In this document: positions 51,462 through 61,723 of the stretch, in pieces | How positions within the stretch are numbered: the stretch's first letter is position 1 | Layout of the letters: every line of letters starts with the position of its first letter | Source: Amoebophrya sp. A120 | Lineage: Eukaryota > Protista > Dinoflagellata | Assembly: GCA_905178155.1 (NCBI GenBank) | Contig: CAJINV010000003.1 | Location: 8,398,764 to 8,462,763, forward strand | Direction of reading: 5' to 3' | DNA length: 64,000 bases | Program-made: the position numbers and the translations under genes | Notes under the pieces: generated by a model | The model's input: only the letters and a program-made list of their open reading frames with translations | Told to the model about the DNA's origin: nothing | The model's database searches: none

Positions 51462-51980
51462 TCCAGCCTCCCGGCCCGCCTTCCGCCGGGTTTACCAGCC
51501 GAGAAAAAAGCCATCTTGTTCGTCACATAGACATAAGGTCCGAACTGCGTCTACCCTTTCACACGAGCCTGCCTTTGATTTGTTTGATGTTTCCCTGTTG
51601 CTGCACAGAACAATGAATGCCGAAACAGGAGCTGTGATGTAAAATTCTTCTCTGCGATAGACATGCCGGCTCTCCGCGCGCCCCTCTCGACACGTCCTCC
51701 TCTACGCTGGTGTTGTAGTAGCACATCATGTAGAGAGCTCAACAATGACGCCGCTCCTGCTGGGAACGTCGGCGCGGGGCCGCAAACAGGCGACCCAGTA
51801 GTACGCCGGTGAAAAGTGCGAGAAAGTCTTGTTCGCGGTGTACGCATAAAATTGCAATTCTCAGTAGAGCTGCTCATCCTGGTAGTAGTATGCATGAACG
51901 AACATTCTTTTCTTCGCTACAACATTCTTTTCTTCGATGCAAATGATACTGTTTCTACGTATTCACTCTCCCTACAAGAT

Positions 51981-54900
51981 TCACACTACCGCCACCTCGA
52001 CTGCGGCCAGCGAGAAAACCACAACGGCCAGGCAACTGGCGGCGGCTCGCTTGTCGTGCGAAATTTCCTCGAAACTTACCGGAGACCAATGGTTCGTGTA
52101 GGGCAAACACCCCATGCCCGCTCCCACCAGCAACCGCACAAGCCCGCGCGTCTTATTCGAAGAAAAAACGCGTTTTACCCACCGCAAACTCGATCTGAAG
52201 CGCCGTGGGGTTCTCGTCGCTAGTACAACCGTGGGTCGTCGTGCACCAGCTTCGGTAGGCGTTCTGGTCCTGCGTGACAAACTGGCCTCCTGGCCAAGAA
52301 GGTGCGTGGCCATCCACCTTCGCAGCGGGGCATCCTTTCTATTCCCTGCATGACAAACTCGCCTCCTGGCCAAGAAGGTATGCGGAAAGCCGAATCTCCG
52401 CCGACCCTTCCGGGTCACCAAAATCGGGCATTTCAGACGCGGCGGAGGTGCAGGATTTGTGCCCACAAACCAGGGCAAATTGGGATTTTGTGACATCCCT
52501 CCGCCCGCTTCTAGTGCGTTTTTTTTTTCACAATCCCGACGGTATGGCGCGACCACGCGCCCGCCGGACCGCCCTTGGCGGCCAGTTTGTAAGCCTGCCG
52601 AGGGTTCTCGACTTTCGCCCATTTCCCCTTTTTTTTCAAGTTTCTAGGTGGCCGAAGGGCTCTGGACATTTTCACCGCCCGCAGCTGACTGGCAATTTTG
52701 GAGCCTGGAGAGGGACTGCGGTTTTGCGCAATTTTTCACTTTTTTCTGGTTTTCAAGTGGCCCGGGCGATCTGCACATTTTCACCGCCCCCACCTGGGTG
52801 GCAGTTTTGAAGCCTGGGGAGGGACTGCGGTTTTGCGCAATTTTTCAATTTTTTCTGGTTTCCAAGTGGCCCGGGCGACCTGGACATTTTTACCGCCCGC
52901 ATCTGACTGGCAGTTTTGAAGCCTGCGGAAGGATTGCGCTTTTGCGCAATTTCTCATCTTTTTTCATTTTCCAAGTGGCCCGGGTGATCTGCACAAAATC
53001 CGACGATTGCTTCCCCCCACGTTATAAAGCAACTTTTCGCCATTTTTTTCCAACTTTTTCCAGTTACGAAGCGGCCCAAGGCTTCCGAACAGGTCGCGGG
53101 CCTGCTGCTCCAACGCAGCTGGCCAGCGGGCGGAGCAAAAAATAGTCCGCCTCTTTTTCAGATACTAAGTGGGCCAGACCGCAAAAATGCTCTTTTTCCA
53201 CCTTCTCCCGCTTGGTTTCTGCCGTTTTTGCGTCATTTTTGACCTCCCGGCCATTTTCCCATCTGGTCCGCTTTTTTTCCCTTCTCCCGCTTCATTTCTG
53301 GCCATTTCCCTGACCTTCACGCCTCCCGGCTTGGTTCTCGTCGCTAGTACAACCGTGGGTCGTCGTGCACCAGCTTCGGTTTTGATTTTGTACGTGACAA
53401 GAAAATTTGATGTATTGCATAGAAGGATGTGCCTGCTCACGTTCTTTTTCGAGGTAACCACAGGGAAAGCAAGCGCAAGTCTGGAGTTTTTTGGCACAGC
53501 GGGGTGGTAGACGAGAGATGTTGTGGTCGCTTGCTGGACGTCTTTTTGTTCCTTAGCCACGTTAGCGCTGTTTCCTCCACCGAGCAGATTATCCACTTCC
53601 TTCTCGATTTCCTCCTGTTCACTGCTTTCCGGTGGCGTGAAGAAGGGCTGGTCCGGAGAAGGGGTGGCTGCATTATTTGCAGTGGCACCTCCTGCAGGTG
53701 GCGCACCGCCCTGTCCGCGTACTAGCAAAAAACGCATTCCCTTTGCTGCTCATGCAATACAGATTTTTTTGGAATCCAAATACAGCATCACAAGTAGCAT
53801 TCTTCTTCCAGACCCAGACATTTTTGCATTTGATACGTCCGCGAGCGTTTCCGTGATGTTCAGCCCAATTTGGTCCTGGCAGCTCAATTCGCTTTTGACA
53901 ATTTCGATCCTGGCAGCTCCATACATAATGAGCTGCTCGTAGTCCGACTTGGGTTCTTCGTTCATCAGGGGGTATGGTGGAAAAAATAGTTGTTGTCCCT
54001 GCTACCCGAACAGCACGACGGAGTTGTCATCATGGACTCCGCGATATGAGCATAGAAATAGATCTAGATGAAATAGAAACTGCCCACAAATGTTATGCAC
54101 TTACTTGATTCAGTTTCACTTTCAGAGAAGTCAGTCCCATTTCAGCGTCAGCCTGGTGGGTGCGGCAGGTGCGTGCGTGTGTTTGGCGCGACGGGTGCGC
54201 GCTTCATTGCGTAGTGTGTTCCTAACTATTTCAATGGATAAACATCACCGAACTGGGTGCGCTGGTTCTGAGGTGCGTGGGTGCGTGATTCAGGTGCGTG
54301 ATTCTTGGGCTGGGTGCGTGATTCGGAAACGTACCCGAGTACAACCGTGGGTCGTCGTGCACCAGCTTCGGTAGGTGTTCGGGTCCTGCTTTGTGGCTCC
54401 AATGCATCGCGGTCGCGTGCAGCTATCAGTTGCGGTTTTGGCTCCTGCTTCCCTAAAAGGGTTATAAACCCGGAACCGGTCAGGAAAAGGGCGGTGGAGA
54501 GGAAGAGAAGCGTCACCGACTGCAATATGCATCCGACAAAAATGATGTCTGGGTCGTGTGGAAGATGATTGCGAAAGTGGTCACGCGTGTCTGGCATGAC
54601 TCTGAGCTTTGCGACGCATCGGGAAGATGAAAAGATCTATTCTCCTGTGGGTAGCGTCGTTCTGGGATGAACAGACGCAGTTTTTCACATGGAATTATCC
54701 GCAGCACATAGCAGGTCCAGATCTTGTCATGCTTCTTCTCGGCTGCATATTGTAATGCACACGCCCACAAAACTAGCTGACCGACTTTTGCATCGCAACT
54801 TTCCAGAACCTGACAAATTTGCTTTTCCTATGCAAGTTTTTCATCTCATCGTCGCCGCAATTGCGGTCCTCCGCAGGCGGACCTTCTTTTCGTCCCCAAC

Positions 54901-56959
54901 TGCCTTTTCCTTCGCCACCTTCCAACAACCGCGCGAAGGCCGCCCCCATCGCGGCCAATCCACAGGTTATGACGACCGTCAAGAAAGCCTCCACGCCGAA
55001 CAGGAGGAACCTCCGTTCGCCCGGGGGCACCCAGTGTTCGGGGCTCGTAGCGAAGTGCAGCAGGAAACACGCATATCCGGAGGAAAAACGGGGGAGACAC
55101 GTCCCAGACTCAAAGTGGGGATATTCTTGTATGTCGTGCACAAACCACATAATTATTTTATTGTGTGACTTGCGCATGACAGCATTGGGCTCGTAGTGTC
55201 CTCGTCGTCTTTAGCTAGTGCAGCTGCATGAGAAATCGAGCAGCTTATCCTGCTTCTAGCATGAAAAATAATGCCACAATACCACTAGAGTACTTTGCCT
55301 CTCGAAGTGGCTGCGCATGTGCAACATTTCAACCATGCGGATTTGCATGACAAGTATGGGATGGGGACGCTTTTCCCCAGGATAACGCAATTGCCATCAC
55401 GATGGCGGAGAACGAGATCGTGTTGAAAGTGGAAAAAGACGACAGTAGCCAGAACGAATCCTCGCCGCGGTGCGGATGTCCGTTTTTCTGCAGTGGTAGA
55501 ATTGGTTGGTCGTCTTCAGCTTCTTCCCCTACTCCCACGTTGGAATGAGCTTGACTGTTGCAGGCGGAGGCGATGACCTCGCCCAGGCAGATCAACACCA
55601 CGAGCTGAAAGCGCTCCTGCCAAATTTTCAGCGTCGCCCGGAACTGGTTCAGGCAGATGTCCAAGCTCGGATACACGTTTTCCAGCGCAAAGTTCGCGAA
55701 CAGCACCCACAGCACTTTCGCCACCGTTTGCATGCTCCAAATCGCGAGACCCAGGTGAGCGCGGGGGTTGCGTTCGAGAGACGAGAACGGGGACCCTCCA
55801 TTTTCGTCGTCCTGCGCGGCTCGTCGTCCCGGCGTGAAGACACGCTTTGTAAAAGGCGAAAGTTGTTCATGCGTCAATTTCGAAAAACTTCGCTTCTCTC
55901 CCGCCCCGAAGAAGGAGCCACCAGTTGCTCCCGCGACAATTTCATCAAGCTGCGACGCGACGCTGTCTAGCAACAATGCAACCGGGAGCAGAAGCGCGGC
56001 GTCGAGCGCGGCGAGCACCGCGTACGCGAAAGTCGACTTTTTTAGCGTGTCCTCGGTGAGCGCGGCAATGCTACCGCCGTCCTGAAAGAAGGATAAACTT
56101 ACCAAAAAGCGTCTCGCTTCTGGCGACGTTGTTATTTTGCTATCGGAAAACAAATTTTCAGCAAAAAAAATAGCAAACCCGACATCGCACAGCGACATTT
56201 TGCAAGTCACAACTTGTAATTAGATACCCCTTCCACCGCGATAAACTGCCGTTTGCAGGTGACAAAGCCGTAGGCCGAGATGGTGATGACCTGCCCAACG
56301 AGGTACCACCCCACGAAGGCCACCAGGTTTTCCGCGCTCGCCCGGGCCATCAGCGCCGAGCAGACCATCGCGAGCAGGATCACGCCTTCGGCCGCCCAGT
56401 CGAAACTGGGTTTGCTTGACGAACAAACCTCGGTGCTCGTTGGCGAAGTGCTTGTTTCAGAGATACCAGTGGCGCCACCGTCAAGGACCACTCCTTCGGC
56501 CGCGGCCGTCGCGGGGTCCGTTCGTTTCCCGCGCCGTCGGTACGACCGCACCAGGATGGCGTAGTCGGAAACCAGGCTCCACAAAAACCACATCGTGGTG
56601 GTCTGGAGAATGACGTGCAACCAGGGCAGGCCGACGACGGCCCCTTCCGCTTTCTCCAGGGGTTTGGTCACGATGTGGATCATCACCACGTAAACCAGAT
56701 CAAAAAACAGCTCGCAGTTCGACACGGTCCAGTGCGCTGCACCATGGGCCGGGAGCGTACTCACCGGGTCCGCGGGGGGAAGAAGCGGGCTCGCGCCACC
56801 GACGTCCTGTTCGTGCACAAGCTGCACAAGATCCCGCGCGGAGTCGATCGGCCGCGAGAATTGCGGCGGGGACCGGTGGTCCGCTCTTCCGCGGTCAGGT
56901 GGCGCCGTCTCGTCGGATTCGCCGCGCGCCCGGTGTAGGCGGCGCTCGTGCGCGGACAT
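51981..56959 (-). CDS. Low temperature requirement A (LtrA)-family membrane protein; last exon split by two inserts
   Basis: ELFFDLVYV and ERFQLVVLICLGE motifs, several hydrophobic segments; GT-AG intron 56082-56227 and two introners; C-terminus resumes at ~52220-51981. An alternative short end at 54131 is possible. Confidence 0.8.
52648..52996. repeat. ~109-bp tandem repeat, about 3.2 copies
   Basis: GTGGCC..CTG.ACA unit starts at about 52648, 52757, 52866 and 52976. Confidence 0.85.
53381..53712 (-). pseudogene. Captured fragment of an MSP/VAP-domain gene
   Basis: LAFP..SRHILLCNTSNFLVTYKIKT resembles the MSP N-terminus and is cut at KIKT by the LtrA repeat. Confidence 0.6.
54526..54830. 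mobile_element. Introner, degenerate family A
   Basis: DR TGCAA/TGCAA; KNLQ|SVTL in frame. Confidence 0.82.
55074..55384. mobile_element. Introner, family F-like
   Basis: DR ACGCA/ACGCA; MAIA|CFLL in frame. Confidence 0.82.
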
Positions 56960-57779
56960 GCTTAAAACAGGGGGGTGGCTGCTTAGTCAGCGGGGTGGCG
57001 CATGGCGAGCGCCAAAGCCACGCTGCGCAGCAATGAGGCGGGCTTGCCGCTGGCACCTCCGGGGCGTTCGAGCTTCGCGCGAGCGGGATGGCGCGGAACA
57101 CACGGCAACACACCGCACAAGCAGGGCGACAAAGGCTCGCGCCGTCTAGGGGCGGGGGGAGCGCAAAAACGTCACACGCAAAGCCGGGAATCCAGGGCGG
57201 CGCCTCGCGGCGGCCATCGGCGCACGCCAACCCGGATCGGGGTTTGGAATGCGCGCGGCCGGGCCGCCCGCAAGTATCACCGAACTCCGGGGCGTGGTCA
57301 AACAGGCCCGCGGGGGCCACCGCTTTGCATTTTTCTATAATGTGCGAAGGGCCGCGGCGGCGGAGTTGAGCGACTCCGGCAAAGGGGAAAGGGTCGCAAG
57401 ACCCTAGGCAGGGCGCGTTGTGTCATTGCTTTCTGCAGATTGCAGAGCCTTGCCGAGGCCCCCCTATGGTATTGTGGGGAATGCGCCCGGCGCTCCTGTT
57501 ATAGGGTGGCGAAAACCGCCCGTACTAGGGCGGCTCGGACGGGCGGCGGCAAAAGCGTGCGCATTTATGGCGCTTCAAACCAGCAGGGCCTTTCCGGGGC
57601 TCGTATCGGCCGCCCGCCGCGATTCCGCAAACGCAGAGCCCCGCGCAGTTCAGGAATGGCCGGCGCGATCACGATTCTTTTACGTGCTATAACGTGGCAA
57701 CTTTCGGCAACAAACGAGGCAGGGCATACGATTATGGGGCATTTAGAGGCCAGCCCGCACCCTATATCTGGCTGACGCG

Positions 57780-59712
57780 GGATGTTTTGTAATTTTGGCG
57801 TTGCCAACGCACCAGATTCTGGCGAAAATAGTAAAATCCTGCACAATGGCTGACCAAAATCGCAAAATTGCGCGCGTTCACCCCTCAAAATCACAAAATC
57901 TTGCGTGTTGGCTCGTCACCGTCGCAAAATCTTACGTGTCAACGGGTGAACGCGCAAGATTTTGCGATTTTGGCCGGCCACCGCGCGAGATTTTGCAAAT
58001 TTGGCCGACCACCGCGCGGGATGTTGCGATTTTGGTTCGCCACAACGCGAGATTTTGCAATTTTGGCCGGCCACCGCGCGGGATTTCCCGATTTTGGCCG
58101 GCCAGTGCCCATGATTCTGCGACTTTGGCCGGCCAATGCGCCAGATTTTACAACTCTTTTCCCTCTTCCGTCTTCTTACTTTTCCTTTACCGTGAGCCTG
58201 CAGCTGCTCGTGGCTAAACAAACCCCGTGGTAACTCCTTCGACTCTGCTAACAACTTCATCGGGATTTTGCCGCCTTCTGCCGCGCACTTTTTCAGCGCT
58301 ACTTCCGCCGTTTTCGCCCCGAACGCTTTTTTCATGTTTTCAAACGAAGACAGATTTTCATCTGCCTGCTGCTTCAGCTCACCTTGGAGCTCGGACCAAA
58401 AGTCCTGCTCCTCCTCGTCACTCAGCATAGGCGTGGGAGGGTGGGAAGAAAAAAGCAACGCGAGGTCGCGATTTCCGAGTCCCAGCTACCCGCTTTTTTC
58501 TTTTTCTACGAGCGCATTTGGCGCAACAGCATATTTTGACATGATGACGGCGTAGGCGTGCGTCGCGGCAAAAGAACCGCTGGACTCGTCCCTCGCCAGT
58601 CATTCTTTTCCCTCTTCCGTCTTCTTACTTTTCCTTTACCGTGGTGAACACAAGACCGTCTGGCCCCAAACGCGATCGCCGAGCGCCAACGCGGAAGCTG
58701 CTCTTCACCGACGAGCACAGCAGACGCAGGTATCGACCTGGCGATACCGAGGGCAGGTGGGGCCCCTTTTTCCAACGACGCTCTCCGAGGAGAGGGTGCC
58801 GACTTGAGGCACGAGACCACCACCCACCGACGCTCGACGACGAGACGCAAATCTCGACCCGCGATGCCAACTCCTACTGCACTGACTCCGCCGACTTCTA
58901 CTGCAGACCACTGGCCACCGGCGTCTGTAGGCGACTGAGCCTAGACAGATCAAACGCGGCGAAGCACTGCTGCTCAGGCGGGCCTGAAACAGCAGCGCTC
59001 CGGAACACCGCGGTCTACCACGCAAGCATGGAGACCGCGGCGCCCGCTCAAACAAGAGAACACGGAGCGCACTACCGGCGGGGTAGCGAGTGCCTGGACA
59101 CAAGCCGACCGACCCACCGAGCAGCAGCGCCGACGCCTAAACGGTGGCGAAACTGGAGGGCACCTTGGCCTCCTTCAGAACGTCTACTTCCTACGGCCAA
59201 CGAGCGCGCCAGCGCTTCAACCTCAGACCTGGAACTCACACCTGCACACGTCCAACGAGGGCCACTTGGCCTCAAGCCCGCTCCTCCCTTTCCACCTGCA
59301 TACTGCACACTGAGCAACACAGGGGAGGAACGACATCTGCTGTGGGCACGGACGATGAGACCGCGAGGACAAGAAAAAAGCAACGCGAGGTCGCGATTTC
59401 CGAGTCCCAGCTGCCCGCTTTTTTCTTTTTCTACGAGCGCATTTGGCGCAACAGCATACTGCGACATGATGACGGCGTAGGCGTGCGTCGCGGCAAAAGA
59501 ACCGCTGGACTCGTCCCTCGCCAGTCATTTTGGCCCAACGTGCCAGATTTTGCAACTTCGGCCGGTCGACGCGTAATATTTTGCAATTTTGGCCGGCCAC
59601 CGGGCAAGATTTTGCAATTTTGGCCAGCCAAGGTGCGAAATTTTGCGATTTTCGCCGGGCAGTGCGCTAGATTCGCTGGCCAGCGTGTGAGATTTTGCGA
59701 TTTTGGCCAGTA
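57780..59712. repeat. Degenerate GATTTTGC.ATTTTGGCCGGCCA repeat array split by shuffled unique fragments
   Basis: Arrays at ~57780-58150 and ~59525-59712; internal direct repeats 58155-58194/58604-58643 and 58446-58604/59371-59529. Confidence 0.75.
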
Positions 59713-60492
59713 TTAAATCCTAGGTAGGATCTCAGCAATATCGCAGAACACGCTCCGACGATAGGAGCCAGACAGGTAGGACCCTGGTCGATTCGCTCGA
59801 CCAAACTCATAGCACGAACCTACCAAAGAAAAGCGCTCCAGAATTGTCCCGCTTCAACACATTGAGCGAATTCCTTTGATTCCTCCGATCGACTACCATC
59901 GACCCTCTGACTTTTCTCAAGTAGTTCCTCTCTTCCTCTCTCCTCCTGGTGCCCTCTGTTTCTACTTTCTAACGCTAGCACGCTACAGAGCCCGCAAGAA
60001 CGATGCGTCAGAAGAATTCACCACAGATTGTGGCGCATGCTTCTGACCACCATTGTTAATTGTGGCGCATGCTGTTTGTTTCAGTGATGCGCACCGGTAT
60101 CGCTACCAGTGTAGCGATTCCGGTTTTTGCATCGTTTTTTTTTGTTTATTTTTTCCAGTTTGCGGCTCGCGTGCCATCCGAATTTTTAAAAAAAAGGAAA
60201 TCGCCGGCCGTCCGGAATGCGGGAAGCTGTGGTTTTTGAAGCAGGGCCACAGGATGATCCAGCATTACGTCAAGCTACATCTTCTGCCGCGTTTTATGCA
60301 ATTTCGCAAGACACACACCACAGCACACCTCGTGCTGCTGCTCGACCTATCCCGATGATCTATTCCTTTACCGTACGCGATGACGTGACGTAGTCCCTAG
60401 GTTGCAGCCAATAGCCTGCTGGGCTGCCGGTAGGTCGCAGAATCTGTTCACAACCTGCCTCCTGCGCGCTTGTTTTTTGACTGCCGCCACCC

Positions 60493-60699
60493 TGCCGCCA
60501 GGCATGCCGCCAGGGGGGTTGGCGGCAGTTTACCAGGATGGTATGGCGATGTTCGCCAGGTGCCGCCGAGCAAATTTGTAAAAAGAAGAATATTAGATAA
60601 TCAAGTTTTTTTTATATTTTCTGTGTTCGGTGACGGCGGCCATCGCCATACCATCCTGGTAAAGTGCCGCCAACCCCCTTGGCGGCATGACTGGCGGCA
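60493..60699. repeat. ~59-bp GC-rich inverted repeat around an AT-rich spacer (MITE-like hairpin)
   Basis: 60493-60551 is a near reverse complement of 60641-60699. Confidence 0.85.
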
Positions 60700-61723
60700 T
60701 GAGGGGGGCCCGCAGTTATTTTTATAAGCTGCGGGGGGCGGGGGTCCCCGGGGGTCTGCGGGGGTCTGCGGGGCTCGATTCATTCTAAAGGAGAAAAAAA
60801 CAAAAGATGTATTATGTTTGTCAATCACGGTGGGACTCTAGCGTTTTGCAAGCGCCATGGAACTGCCCATAGTGCCACCGCCGTGCTCTTTGTGCGGCGC
60901 CCTTGTGGCGTATTTGTAACTGCTCGGTGCAGTTTTTGGGATGGCGGATGCCACCGCCAGGTGGCATCTAGGGGGCCAAAAATTCCTGCATGCGTGTCCT
61001 CCACGCGGGCGGCCCCTGGGTGCGTCGTTGTGGTTGTTAATTGTGACAATCGCAGCCCGCAGCTAACGGCTCAGAGCTTCTCCGGACGGCTGAGCCGATG
61101 CATGCAGGTGCCAGAAAAGTGAAGCAAAGTCTTGCTGTTTCTGGGCGGGCGGGGAGAAGAAATGTTTAAAGTTGGGAACACTGAAGAAGGACATGTGGTG
61201 TGAGTTACTTTCGGTATAGACAAACCCCCGTAAGATTATTTCAATTACATTGAAGCTGCAACTGTGCTTTGCGCATGGCAAGTCGGTGAGTTGTTTTTTC
61301 GTTTGGGCGTATGAGCAGGCACCTTATTTAGTTTCGACTTCATGCACTACGTATGCATGAGTATGAGATGAGCAGAAGTTTGCGAATTTTTTATTTTACG
61401 CACGGCAAATCATGACTTTTTTATTGTACTCAGGGTCTGAGTCGGTTGCTCCTGTTTCTTTTGGTTGGTAGCTTTACAATCGCGAAGTCCATGTTTTTTT
61501 TCCTTTTTTTTGTGAATTCGGTGTCGTTTTCTCGTGGTGTGTATCTCTATCTTGCTTGGAATCTCTACTGCTACTGTTGCTATTCCTTGTCCTTATATAC
61601 ATTCAGTTCTCAGCCCGCCCGGCTACAGTGCTCTACTCAAGCTTCCATTTAGGATTTTGCTTTCTACTCCGACTTTAGGACTTTCCTTTCTACTCAGACT
61701 TTACCACTACTTCGCTGGCAATC

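Larger units (their letters stand above)
49744..52273. repeat. ~1.3-kb tandem duplication carrying the LtrA 3' end and the 5' exons of the Asp-box gene
   Basis: 49744-51056 is similar to 51057-52273, including a duplicated introner. Confidence 0.9.

Noticed and set aside
58640-59370. Second tyrosine recombinase fragment (RHSLPRR on minus)
   Set aside because: Single weak motif among stop codons; other catalytic residues not found.
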